Positions 1 to 9,544 of a stretch of 32,000 nucleotides of DNA are shown piece after piece. The stretch spans positions 1-32,000 of the forward strand of contig JBMSAQ010000038.1 of NCBI GenBank assembly GCA_049414405.1, given 5' to 3'. The notes under the pieces are model-generated. The model was not told where the DNA came from and made no database searches. It saw nothing but the letters and a program-made list of their open reading frames with translations. Position 1 is the stretch's first letter, and each line of letters begins with the position of its first letter. The translations under genes and the position numbers were made by a program. The stretch comes from Candidatus Nanopusillus sp. (GTDB taxonomy: Archaea > Nanobdellota > Nanobdellia > Nanobdellales > Nanobdellaceae).

Positions 1-357
1 AAATCTGCAGTAACAAATAATATTTTAGCAAATAGATATTCTGATACTCTTTATTCGTATCCTGGAACATTTTATTCATATTTAATTGTTAATTCTACAC
101 ATGCACAAGCAGGATTCTATCTTTATAGTTACTATCGAGTGTGGGCTCCGTTAACATTATTAAATACGTATCCTTTATCATATAATTCAAGCCGTGGAAA
201 TTATACATATGCTAATTTAAATTATAATCCATTCCAATATCCTACATTACAAATAAGTGCAGGAACTGGTGGTGCTATGTCATATCAATATGTACAATGG
301 GTAGTAGCTAGAGCATATCCTCCAAATGGTGTAATGCCTTCAATCCATATTGGTTAG
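1..357 (+). CDS. C-terminal part of an ORF running off the 5' window edge; Tyr/Asn/Ser/Thr-rich, probably a secreted or surface protein
   Basis: Frame 1 has no stop from nt 1 to the TAG at 355-357, so the GTG at 139 in the ORF track is probably internal. Composition is Y/N/S/T-rich with N-x-S/T sequons. The protein ends ...WVVARAYPPNGVMPSIHIG. No catalytic motif recognised. Confidence 0.5.
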   Translation, partial: KSAVTNNILANRYSDTLYSYPGTFYSYLIVNSTHAQAGFYLYSYYRVWAPLTLLNTYPLSYNSSRGNYTYANLNYNPFQYPTLQISAGTGGAMSYQYVQWVVARAYPPNGVMPSIHIG

Positions 358-719
358 ATTTTTAATGTAATAAACATTCCAAAACAATCTTTATTTTTGT
401 ATAAATATGAGTTACTACTATACAAAATTGTTAATAATATATCAAAATTAGTAAAAAACTCTTTATCAACAAACTTTTATTTTCTACATTATTTACTAGA
501 TTATGATATTATTAGTCGTAGGAATATTCAATGTTGGTAAATTTCTATAATTAATGAAACTTAAATTGTAAATACGTAGATATAATGTTTAAATTAACAT
601 AAAGAAAAATATAATATAAATAATAATAAATAGCTCAAGTTAAATTATTAGTTAGTGTATAAACATAATCTTCCAATAGATTAAACCCTTGCACTACAGA
701 GAACCTCTAATATCAAAAT

Positions 720-745
720 TTATAAACAATTTTTATAAACAATTT
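720..745 (+). repeat. Perfect tandem duplication (2 x 13 nt, TTATAAACAATTT) carrying TATA-like boxes upstream of rpoD
   Basis: Copies at 720-732 and 733-745 are identical. The TTATAAA of copy 1 lies at -29..-23 from the ATG at 749, the usual spacing in this window. Copy 2 lies at -16..-10. Confidence 0.8.
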
Positions 746-748
746 TAA

Positions 749-1522
749 ATGCCAGAAATATTGTTATTAGAGAAAACAACTGATAAATATGCAGTCGATA
801 AAGATAAGAAGATATACAAGTTAAAATTACTAATAAAAGACGAAACTCCAAATTTCTTAAATGTTTTAAGAAGAGCAATACTAGAAGAAGTAAGAACATT
901 GGCAATTGAAGACGTTTATATTATAGAAAACAATTCTGCAATGTGGGATGAAATGTTAGCACATAGATTGGGTTTAGTTGTATTAAATACCCCCGAAAAC
1001 ATTAAAGAAAATGAAGAAATAAAACTTTATTTGGAAAAAAATGAAAAGGGATATATATATGGTTCTGATTTAAAGACTGATAGAAAAGATACATATGTAG
1101 TTTATCCAGAGACAATGATTGCATATATTGATGAAAACCAAAAAATAAAAATAGAAGCTGTTGCAATACTTGGTAGTGGAAAGCAACATGCAAAATTTAT
1201 ACCTGGACATGTTTATTATTATAGAACTGGAGAATTAAAACTAGAAGGAAAATTAGATGAAAAGGAATTAGAAAATTTAAAATTGTTAGGAGTAGAAATA
1301 AAGAAAAACAAAATACAGATATCAAAAGAAAAAGAATATGATAGAACCTTTTTAGATGCAATAGAAAGAGCATCAAATGAAAAAATAAAAGTTATACCAA
1401 AAGATGAATTTATTTTTGTTATAGAATCCTTTGGACAATATTCGGCAGAGAAATTAATACCATTAGCTATTAAGGAATTACAAAATAAATTAAACAATTT
1501 ATTAGAATTTTTACCTAAATAA
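749..1522 (+). CDS. rpoD: DNA-directed RNA polymerase subunit D (Rpo3)
   Basis: N-terminal ...FLNVLRRAILEEVRTLAIEDVYIIENNSAMWDEMLAHRLGLVVL matches the conserved Rpo3/RpoD/RPB3 dimerisation-domain signature (alRR..l.evP..Ai..V.i..N.S...DE.lAHRLGLiPl). Length of 257 aa is typical. No Cys cluster is present, so there is no Fe-S domain. Confidence 0.85.
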   Translation: MPEILLLEKTTDKYAVDKDKKIYKLKLLIKDETPNFLNVLRRAILEEVRTLAIEDVYIIENNSAMWDEMLAHRLGLVVLNTPENIKENEEIKLYLEKNEKGYIYGSDLKTDRKDTYVVYPETMIAYIDENQKIKIEAVAILGSGKQHAKFIPGHVYYYRTGELKLEGKLDEKELENLKLLGVEIKKNKIQISKEKEYDRTFLDAIERASNEKIKVIPKDEFIFVIESFGQYSAEKLIPLAIKELQNKLNNLLEFLPK

Positions 1523-1524
1523 AC

Positions 1525-1531
1525 TTATAAA
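1525..1531 (+). promoter_or_regulatory. TATA-like box (TTATAAA within AAACTTATAAATAAATA) for the 1553 gene
   Basis: Lies at -28..-22 from the ATG. The same AAACTTATAA motif recurs at 20571-20581 upstream of the PGI/PMI gene. Confidence 0.5.
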
Positions 1532-1552
1532 TAAATATTATATAATTTATTA

Positions 1553-1888
1553 ATGGATTGGAAAAAAGTTGTTTTAGTTTCTGTATTCTCAGTATTAGTA
1601 TCTTTTTTACCGGGAATAGGAATAGCAGTAGCAATATCCTTACTAGTATATATGTTAGTAAAGGGTATGGATAAATGCATTATATCAAATCTAGGATTGG
1701 CATTGGAATTTGCAGGACTTCTAATATATATTGTAGGAACCTTATTACAACCATTATATTTAAACTTCCAATCTATAATTCAAACTGGTGTTTATCTATT
1801 AATAGGTGGTCTTGTATTATTATTAGTAGGAATGTTGATAGTTATGTTAGTTAAAAACAAAGCAAAGGAAAATATATATGAAGTATAG
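1553..1888 (+). CDS. Small integral membrane protein (about 3 TM helices), function unknown
   Basis: Three long hydrophobic stretches (VVLVSVFSVLVSFLPGIGIAVAISLLVYMLV, LGLALEFAGLLIYIVGTLL, GVYLLIGGLVLLLVGMLIVMLV). A TATA box sits at the correct spacing. Confidence 0.6.
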   Translation: MDWKKVVLVSVFSVLVSFLPGIGIAVAISLLVYMLVKGMDKCIISNLGLALEFAGLLIYIVGTLLQPLYLNFQSIIQTGVYLLIGGLVLLLVGMLIVMLVKNKAKENIYEV

Positions 1889-1890
1889 TC

Positions 1891-1899
1891 TTTTATATA
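1891..1899 (+). promoter_or_regulatory. TATA-like box (TTTTATATA) for the class I aaRS gene
   Basis: Lies at -31..-23 from the ATG at 1922. Confidence 0.45.
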
Positions 1900-1921
1900 T
1901 TTTTTATATATATATTTTTGA

Positions 1922-4156
1922 ATGGATAAGAGACCCGATTATAAAATAATTGAAAAAGAGATATTAAACCTCTGGAATAAAAATAAAGAAATCTTTAGAT
2001 TTGATATTAATAAAGATAAAAAATATATAATAGATACCCCACCACCATTTACTTCTGGAGAAGCCCATATGGGTCATGCTCTAGAATTTATATGGATAGA
2101 TTTTTTGGCTAGATATAAAAGATTAGAAGGTTATGATGTATATTTTCCTTTAGGATTTGATTGTCATGGTTTGCCAACAGAATTAAAAATTATAAATAAA
2201 TTAAAGATATCTAAAGAGAATAAAGAACAATTTATAAAAGCATGCATTGATTGGACAAATAAAATGATTGAATCTATGTATAAAACATTTGAAAGATTAG
2301 GATCGTCTTTTGATAGAGATAAAGTATATAAAACAATTGATAAAAAATACGAAGCATTTGTTCAGTATACATTAATAAAAATGTTTAATGATGGTTTAAT
2401 TGAGAGAAAAAGATATCCAATAATGTGGTGTCCAAAATGTCAAACAGCAATTTCAATGCAAGAAGCCGGATATTTAGAAAAAGAAGGATACTTAATGTAT
2501 ATAAAATTACCAACAAATAATGGAAAATATATATTAATAGCAACAACGAGACTGGAATTAATTAATTCATGTTCATTAATATTAATTGCAAAAAACAGGT
2601 ATGTAGAAACTGAAAATAATTTGATTATATCAAAAACATATGCAGAAAAAAATAATTTAAATATTATAAAAGAATATGATTATAAAGAATTAGAAGAGAT
2701 AGAAGTTATAATTCCATTAATAAATAGAAAAGTAAAGATTATTTCTGATGAAGATGTGGATTATAATTTCGGGACTGGAATTGTATGGGTATGTACATAC
2801 GGAGATCCTTATGATATAAAATGGAAAGAAAAATATAATTTACCTGAAATAATTTCAGTATCTGAAAATGGAAGAATAATATCAGATATAAATGAAATAA
2901 ATGGATTAAAAGTTGAAGAAGCAAGGAAAAAAATGAAAGAAATATTAAAGGATTATATATATAAAATAGAAAAGATAAGTCATAATGTATTATCACATAC
3001 TGAAAGATCTGATTGTTTATCACCATTAGAATTTATTCCAAAGGATCAATTCTTCATAAAAATAAAAGATTTAAAAGAAAAAATATTAGAATGGCAAAAA
3101 AATATAAAAATAATTCCTGAAAGTGAGGTAAAAAGATTAATTGACTGGATAAATAATATAGATCAGGATTGGAATATTTCTAGGACAAAAATGTTGTGGG
3201 GTCTTGCATTTCCATTTTATGAAAAAGACGGAAAAATATATCCAGTAAATATAGAAGATTTACCAATTGATCCAAGAATAGATAAAGAAAAATTAAAGAA
3301 ATATAATGGAAAATTCTTCGAAGATGAAACTGTTGATGTGTGGGTTGAATCTTCAATAACACCTTTAGTAATATTATATTATGCATTAACTGAAAATAAA
3401 GAATTTGATCCAAAAGAATTACCAGAATTATTCAATAAAATAAAAGAATATTTACCTGTAGATTTAAGACAACAAGGATATGAAATTATAAGAACGTGGT
3501 TATTTGATACAATTGTAAGGGTAAATTTATTAACAAACAAAAATCCATGGAAATATGCATTAATTCATGGAATGGTATTAGATGAAAGGGGAAGAAAGAT
3601 GTCAAAATCTTTAGGAAATGCGGTAGATCCAAACGAAATAATGGATAAATATTCTCCAGATGCTTTAAGATATTGGGCTTTATTAGCTGCACCTGGTAAT
3701 GACTATAGATTTAATATGAAAGATATAGAATCTGGACAAGCATTTATAATAAAATTATGGAATATTGGGAGATATATTGAGATGAACATAAAAGAAAAAC
3801 CAGAGAAAGTATTAGAATTAAAAGATGAAGATATAGAAATAATAAGAATGTTAAAAGAAAATATTGTGAAATCTAAAGAATATATTTATCAATTTAGATA
3901 TTCTGAATATGTAAAATTATGGAGAAAATTTACATGGGAAGATTTTGCAAATAATTATTTAGAAAAAATAAAAGAAAGAATAAAAAATGATGATAAAACT
4001 GCAAAATATTTATTATACACAGTATATAAAATAATCTTAATTATGTTACATCCAATTTTACCATATATAACGGAATATATATATCAACAATTATATAAAG
4101 AAAATAAATTAATTATTGAAAATAAAATTGATGAAATAATGGAACTTATTTTATAA
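1922..4156 (+). CDS. valS: Class Ia aminoacyl-tRNA synthetase, most likely valyl-tRNA synthetase (compact, 744 aa)
   Basis: Motifs seen: HIGH-type (IDTPPPFTSGEAHMGHAL), FDCHGLPTE, WCPKCQTAIS, CP1 TTRLE (TTRPE-like), DWNISR, and KMSKS (RKMSKSLGN). The IDTPPP..SG..H.GHA...D...RYKR..G pattern recalls archaeal ValRS. IleRS cannot be fully excluded without alignment. Confidence 0.7.
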   Translation: MDKRPDYKIIEKEILNLWNKNKEIFRFDINKDKKYIIDTPPPFTSGEAHMGHALEFIWIDFLARYKRLEGYDVYFPLGFDCHGLPTELKIINKLKISKENKEQFIKACIDWTNKMIESMYKTFERLGSSFDRDKVYKTIDKKYEAFVQYTLIKMFNDGLIERKRYPIMWCPKCQTAISMQEAGYLEKEGYLMYIKLPTNNGKYILIATTRLELINSCSLILIAKNRYVETENNLIISKTYAEKNNLNIIKEYDYKELEEIEVIIPLINRKVKIISDEDVDYNFGTGIVWVCTYGDPYDIKWKEKYNLPEIISVSENGRIISDINEINGLKVEEARKKMKEILKDYIYKIEKISHNVLSHTERSDCLSPLEFIPKDQFFIKIKDLKEKILEWQKNIKIIPESEVKRLIDWINNIDQDWNISRTKMLWGLAFPFYEKDGKIYPVNIEDLPIDPRIDKEKLKKYNGKFFEDETVDVWVESSITPLVILYYALTENKEFDPKELPELFNKIKEYLPVDLRQQGYEIIRTWLFDTIVRVNLLTNKNPWKYALIHGMVLDERGRKMSKSLGNAVDPNEIMDKYSPDALRYWALLAAPGNDYRFNMKDIESGQAFIIKLWNIGRYIEMNIKEKPEKVLELKDEDIEIIRMLKENIVKSKEYIYQFRYSEYVKLWRKFTWEDFANNYLEKIKERIKNDDKTAKYLLYTVYKIILIMLHPILPYITEYIYQQLYKENKLIIENKIDEIMELIL

Positions 4157-4179
4157 AGGATAGAATTAGAGATAGTATT

Positions 4180-4587
4180 ATGAGAGATTATGTTGAATTA
4201 TGGTTAAAGCGATCTTTGGAAGATTTAGATACAGCAAGAGTATTGTTAAATAATAATAAATATTATGCTTCTGCATTTTATTCACATCAAGCAGCAGAAA
4301 AAGCTTTAAAAGCTTTATTATTATATTTTGGAAAAGATGTAAAAACACACGATTTAAGTAAAATGTTAGATATAATTAAAGAAGAAGTAAATTTAAATGT
4401 TGAAGAAATAAGAAAAGAAGCTTTAAAATTAAATCCAAATTATACTATTTCTAGATATCCAGATGCGGCAAATAGTTTACCATATTTATTGTATGATAAA
4501 AAAGATGCGGAAGAATATTTAAAGATGGCTAAAAAATTGTCAATTGGGTTAAGAAATTTATTAAATGAAAGCAAAATCTGCCATTAA
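4180..4587 (+). CDS. HEPN domain protein (toxin-like partner of a HEPN/MNT pair)
   Basis: About 135-aa helical protein with ...KTHDLSKML... and ...ISRYPD... (HEPN R/H-type motifs). Overlaps the downstream nucleotidyltransferase gene by 23 nt. Confidence 0.8.
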   Translation: MRDYVELWLKRSLEDLDTARVLLNNNKYYASAFYSHQAAEKALKALLLYFGKDVKTHDLSKMLDIIKEEVNLNVEEIRKEALKLNPNYTISRYPDAANSLPYLLYDKKDAEEYLKMAKKLSIGLRNLLNESKICH

Positions 4588-4921
4588 AAGTCAGAAAGAA
4601 CTATTAAAAAAAGCTATAGAAATAATAAATGATATAAAAAAGGAAATTAATATAATTGACGTTTATGTTGTAGGTTCTAGAGCTAGAGGGGATTATCTAG
4701 ATACAAGTGATTTAGATTTAGTGATAGTATCTGATGACTTTAAGAACTTAAGATATATAGAAAGGTTAGAAAAATTATATAAATATTCTAAAGGAGATAT
4801 CGAATTTTTTGCATTTACAAAAGAAGAATGGAATAATCCAAAAAGTTTATTTATAATTAATATGAAAAAAGAAGCAAAGAAATTAGAAGAATTGTCAAAA
4901 TCTTATAAAATAAATTTCTAA
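4565..4921 (+). CDS. Minimal nucleotidyltransferase (MNT, pol-beta superfamily), partner of the HEPN protein
   Basis: Carries the GS-x(n)-DxD signature: VVGSRARGDYLDTSDLDLVIV. Confidence 0.8.
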   Translation: MKAKSAIKSQKELLKKAIEIINDIKKEINIIDVYVVGSRARGDYLDTSDLDLVIVSDDFKNLRYIERLEKLYKYSKGDIEFFAFTKEEWNNPKSLFIINMKKEAKKLEELSKSYKINF

Positions 4922-4925
4922 ATTA

Positions 4926-6212
4926 TTAAAAATACACTATAGGGATATATTTTATTTTACTATTATTTATAATTCTTTCTCCCCAATAATTTTTTGTAAC
5001 AATTATAGAAAATTTACTATTATAGTTTTTTATAAAAGAATATAAACTCCTAGTTAAAATATTTTTCTTTATGATAGAGAATTTAACTTCTATTGGTATT
5101 GTTTCTTTCCCTTCAAATATAAAATCAACTTCTGCTTTATTTTTTGTTCTCCAAAAATTAATCTTCCCATATTGATATAATTCATTTAATATAAAATTCT
5201 CTATAAGAGTTCCAGAATCATTTCTAACTTCTATATCATTAAAATTATTTATTAAATAATTTCTTAATCCTGTATCTACAAAATATATTTTACTTTCTTT
5301 TTTCAATTCTGTAACCAAATTTTTATGAAATGGTCTTATCCTTCTTATAATATACGTTTGTTCTAATATATCTAATAGATCTGTTATTTCCTTAAAATAA
5401 CTATTAATTTCGTTGGCTAATTGAGTTATATTTATTAAAGAACCATTTAGAGATGATAGTGCCATAATCAATTTCCTAAATTTAACAGTATCTCTTATAT
5501 TTAAAAAGGAGACAATATCTCTATCTAAATATGTATTTATAAGATTTTTCAACAAAAATATTTTTTCTTTTTCACTTTCAGCTTTTATTATAGCTGGATA
5601 TCCTCCAAACTTTATATATTCATTTAAATACTTTAATAAATCATTAATATATATATCTACATCTTTTTTAATCTCAAAATCGATATTATTTATCAAAAGA
5701 TTTAATATTTTTTCATTCCATTCTCTATATATTTTAGCAATTTTTTGATCTTTATATAATAAAAATTCGTAAAAGTTTAGAGGATATAATTCAAATTCTA
5801 ATAATCTACCAACCAAATATTTTGCAGTTTCATTTTTTAATTCTAAGGATGATGATCCTGTTATAATGATTTTTATATTTTCAAAAAGATCATATATTAA
5901 TTTTAATTTTTTTCCTAGATCTTTACAATACTGTGCTTCATCTATTAAAAAATAATATCTTTTACTATCTATTATATATTTTCTTATAAAATCTTTAGGA
6001 TTTTCTGAAAACTTATATAAAATCTCATTATCCTCAAAAGTTAAGTAAATAATATGGTCTTCATCAATATTTTTTTCATTTATTAGAAAATCTTTTAACA
6101 TTTTTAATATTGTTGTCTTTCCAGACTGTCTTGGTCCTTTAATTGCTATAATTTCCCTTCTATCAATATATTCTATAATCTCATTTAATAATACCCTGGG
6201 TATATATTCCAT
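4926..6212 (-). CDS. AAA-type ATPase with C-terminal DUF4143/PD-(D/E)xK-like domain (COG1373-like)
   Basis: Walker A GPRQSGKTT; Walker B-like YFLIDEAQY; YFVDTGLRNYL motif. The C-terminal AEVDFIF...IPIEVKFS is a D...E.K nuclease-fold signature. Confidence 0.8.
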   Translation of the reverse strand: MEYIPRVLLNEIIEYIDRREIIAIKGPRQSGKTTILKMLKDFLINEKNIDEDHIIYLTFEDNEILYKFSENPKDFIRKYIIDSKRYYFLIDEAQYCKDLGKKLKLIYDLFENIKIIITGSSSLELKNETAKYLVGRLLEFELYPLNFYEFLLYKDQKIAKIYREWNEKILNLLINNIDFEIKKDVDIYINDLLKYLNEYIKFGGYPAIIKAESEKEKIFLLKNLINTYLDRDIVSFLNIRDTVKFRKLIMALSSLNGSLINITQLANEINSYFKEITDLLDILEQTYIIRRIRPFHKNLVTELKKESKIYFVDTGLRNYLINNFNDIEVRNDSGTLIENFILNELYQYGKINFWRTKNKAEVDFIFEGKETIPIEVKFSIIKKNILTRSLYSFIKNYNSKFSIIVTKNYWGERIINNSKIKYIPIVYF

Positions 6213-6278
6213 TACAATAATACTTTTTCTAAAAACTTTTTAATTTTAGCATGGTCAAAATTAAGGTATATTTAAAAA

Positions 6279-6944
6279 TTATCTTACAAAACCTTCAGCC
6301 AATTCTTTTATTTTTTCATAAAAATTATTGGCCTTTGTAACTGCAGAAGATAACAACACACCTTCAGCTCCTAATTCCAATGCTTTCCTTACATCTTCCC
6401 TATTACTTATACCAGCCCCAACCAATACCTTAATATTTGAATTACTTTCTTTAATCATTTTGACAGAATTTATTACTATTTCTGGCTTAGCAGTTGATAC
6501 AGAAATTCCTGTTCCTATTAATTCTGGTGGTTCTACAGCAATATAATCTGGATTAAATTTTGCAATTGCAGCTCCTACAATACTATCATTTGCACATACT
6601 ATTGTAATTAAACCCAATCTTCTTGCTATATTTATTGTTTTTTCTATATCTATAATCTTCATTGGTTTTTCTGAATGATTTATTAAAGTTCCAACTGCAC
6701 CAGCCTCTTTCACAGCTTCTGGCAATATATATCCCGTATAAGCACCCGGTTCAATTGGATCTATATGTTGTGCAAATATTTTTACTTTCTTTGCATTTTT
6801 TGATAGTAAATATATATCAGTAAATTGTGGAACAATCGCTATATCAATACCATACTCTTCAGCAACTTTTTCAGCAGCTTCTAATAATTCTAAACCTCTT
6901 TTTCCGATTGTTTCCATGTAAGATTTCAAATTTATAATCAACAT
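6279..6944 (-). CDS. tpiA: Triosephosphate isomerase, short archaeal type
   Basis: 221 aa. MLIINLKSY..., LINHSE (catalytic His region), AVEPPELIGTG (catalytic Glu), and VLVGAGIS are typical of archaeal TIM. Confidence 0.9.
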   Translation of the reverse strand: MLIINLKSYMETIGKRGLELLEAAEKVAEEYGIDIAIVPQFTDIYLLSKNAKKVKIFAQHIDPIEPGAYTGYILPEAVKEAGAVGTLINHSEKPMKIIDIEKTINIARRLGLITIVCANDSIVGAAIAKFNPDYIAVEPPELIGTGISVSTAKPEIVINSVKMIKESNSNIKVLVGAGISNREDVRKALELGAEGVLLSSAVTKANNFYEKIKELAEGFVR

Positions 6945-6952
6945 TATTATAA

Positions 6953-6976
6953 TTTATAAAATTCGCAAATTTATAA
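6953..6976. promoter_or_regulatory. Back-to-back divergent TATA boxes in the 41-nt tpiA / ATPase spacer
   Basis: TTTATAAA at 6953-6960 lies at -33..-26 from the plus-strand ATG at 6986. TTATAAA on the minus strand at 6976-6970 lies at -32..-26 from the tpiA ATG at 6944. Confidence 0.5.
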
Positions 6977-6985
6977 GAATTTATA

Positions 6986-9544
6986 ATGTGGCATTCTCTA
7001 CCTGTTGAAGAGGTATTAAAGAAGTTAAATACATCAATTAAAGGTTTAGATGATTATGAAGCAGAAAGGAGACTAAAAATATATGGGGAAAACAGAATAA
7101 AATTAGAAAGAACTAATTTTTTAGAAATTGTAATTGAACATATAAAAAATCCATTTATATTGTTATTTTTTATTGCAGATATACTATCATTCATTTTTGG
7201 TGGTATTACCGAAGGTATTGTAATAACATTATTTTTGATATTATATATAATATCAGGTTACTTCCATAGTAAAAAATCTGAAAAAGTAATAAAATCTCTA
7301 GAAGAGGGTATAGAAAGCAATGTATTAGTTATTAGAAATGGAAAATATAAACATATAAAATCATCAAAAATTGTTTCAGGAGATATTATTATATTAAAAT
7401 ATGGACAGAAAGCTCCTGCTGATATAAGAATAATAAAATCAACTGATCTAGAAGTTGATGAAAGCTCCTTAACTGGTGAATCCGAACCTGTAAGAAAATA
7501 TGATACTGTATTACCAAAAGATATCCCAATAAAGAAAAGAAAAAATATGATATTCCAAAATACTTATGTAGTAAAAGGAATTGTAATTGGTGTTGTAGTT
7601 GCAACTGGAAATAATACATATTATGGAAGTATATACAAAAATATAAGTAAACAAAAAAGAGGTAAATCTCAATTGCAAGAAGAATTGGACAGATTTTCAT
7701 ATTATGTGATAATACTCATATCGATAATTATAATTACATCCTTTATAATATTATTAATAAAAAATGTGATGGACTTATATCAACTGATAATATTTACAAT
7801 AGCACTTGCTGTTGTCGTAATACCGGAAGGATTGCCTGCAGCATTAATATTGTTATACACAATGAGTAGTCTAAAATTAGAAAAAGATCTTATATACGTA
7901 AAAAATCCCAATATATTGGAAGATGTTAGCAATATAGATACTGTTATTTTAGATAAGACTGGTACAATTACATATAATGAATTAATTATAGATAAATTTT
8001 TTTATAATGGTAAATTTTATGATATAAAATATTATGAAGATAGAGCAGATATACTATCTGATACAAAAATAATAAATATAAATAAAATAGAAGAATTTTT
8101 AATATTTTTATATAATTCAATAGAGGATTATTTAACAATAGATATAGAAAAAAATATTGGAGATCCTATAAATTTATCAATATATAGACTAGCAAAATAT
8201 TTAAAGATTTCTAAATTTTTGGAAAGATATTCTGTAAATTATTTTGATCCATACAGAAAAAGATCTTCTGTAATAGTAAAATATAATGATAAAAAATATG
8301 CAATAATAAAAGGATCCCCATCTTCTCTTCTATCCATTTCAAAATATATAATGATAAATAATAAAATACTTAAAATAGATAAATATAAAGAAAAAATTGA
8401 AAAAATTAGGAATAAATATGGAAAAAGAGGTTATAAAATATTAGCAATTGGTATTAAAGAAATAAAGAAAGATGAAGAACCTGAAAAAGATATAACATTC
8501 TTGGGATTATTATTTATAAAAGATAGGATAAGAGAAGGTGTCTTAGAATATATAAAAGATTTGAGAGAAATTGGTATAAATATATATATAGTAACTGGAG
8601 ATAATAAAGATCATACCTTGGGAATTTTAAGAATGTTGAATTTAGATTATAAAATAGTAGATGCGAATGAAATAAAGAAATTAAATGAAGATTATCTATA
8701 CAAAATATTAAAAGAATATCATGTTGTAGTAAATGCCGATCCTTTAGATAAATATAGAATAGTAAAAACACTAAAAGATAAAGGTCATAGGGTATTGTTT
8801 GTTGGAGATGGTACAAATGATGCTATAGCATTAAAAATATCCAATGTAGGTATTTCATTTTATAACGCTACTGATATAGCGAAAGACTCTGCAAATGTTA
8901 TATTAATGGATAAAGGAATAGACAAAATAACGAAATTAATCATAGAAGGAAAAAGAATTATATACAATCTAAAGGTATTTATTTTAATAACATTATCAAT
9001 GATAATGGGGGTATCTCTACTCATTTCAATTGGATTCTTCATATATGACCAAATATTTCTACATGCCATACAATTACTATTATTGAATTTTGTAATTCAA
9101 ACAATTAATTCGTTGTATATGGGATCGGCAGATGTTAAAGACAAGAAAATATTAAAAAAACTAAAAATTAAAATATTTGATGAATTTGTAAAATTTGAAA
9201 TGACAAGAAATATGATGTTTATAGGACTTACAGCTACAATTGTTTCTTTAGCTACAAACGGTAATAGTTATATAATAATATTGTTTTTAATAGCCGCACA
9301 AGGGATATTATACATTCACTATGAAAAGGTATTCTCACTAAATATAACAAAAACAAGAGAATATTATATATCAATGTTCCTATCTACATTCACAGTATCC
9401 ATATTTTTAGTTGAAAGCTTGAGAAAAATTATTGATTTCGTCATACCATCTTTAATCGATATTGCAGTACTTATAATAGTTTCATTATATCTGTTCTTTA
9501 TATATTCAGTAATAGAAAGAGTAGAAAATGTCAGAGGTATCTGA
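6986..9544 (+). CDS. P-type (P2-like) cation-transporting ATPase
   Basis: Motifs seen: TGESEPV, PEGLPA (M4), DKTGTIT phosphorylation site, KGSP, TGDN, GDGTNDA, and multiple TM helices. Ion specificity cannot be called from sequence alone. Confidence 0.9.
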   Translation: MWHSLPVEEVLKKLNTSIKGLDDYEAERRLKIYGENRIKLERTNFLEIVIEHIKNPFILLFFIADILSFIFGGITEGIVITLFLILYIISGYFHSKKSEKVIKSLEEGIESNVLVIRNGKYKHIKSSKIVSGDIIILKYGQKAPADIRIIKSTDLEVDESSLTGESEPVRKYDTVLPKDIPIKKRKNMIFQNTYVVKGIVIGVVVATGNNTYYGSIYKNISKQKRGKSQLQEELDRFSYYVIILISIIIITSFIILLIKNVMDLYQLIIFTIALAVVVIPEGLPAALILLYTMSSLKLEKDLIYVKNPNILEDVSNIDTVILDKTGTITYNELIIDKFFYNGKFYDIKYYEDRADILSDTKIININKIEEFLIFLYNSIEDYLTIDIEKNIGDPINLSIYRLAKYLKISKFLERYSVNYFDPYRKRSSVIVKYNDKKYAIIKGSPSSLLSISKYIMINNKILKIDKYKEKIEKIRNKYGKRGYKILAIGIKEIKKDEEPEKDITFLGLLFIKDRIREGVLEYIKDLREIGINIYIVTGDNKDHTLGILRMLNLDYKIVDANEIKKLNEDYLYKILKEYHVVVNADPLDKYRIVKTLKDKGHRVLFVGDGTNDAIALKISNVGISFYNATDIAKDSANVILMDKGIDKITKLIIEGKRIIYNLKVFILITLSMIMGVSLLISIGFFIYDQIFLHAIQLLLLNFVIQTINSLYMGSADVKDKKILKKLKIKIFDEFVKFEMTRNMMFIGLTATIVSLATNGNSYIIILFLIAAQGILYIHYEKVFSLNITKTREYYISMFLSTFTVSIFLVESLRKIIDFVIPSLIDIAVLIIVSLYLFFIYSVIERVENVRGI

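Noticed and set aside
139-141. GTG at 139 as the start of the first ORF
   Set aside because: The reading frame stays open all the way to nt 1 with the same Y/N/S-rich composition, so the gene most likely starts upstream of the window.
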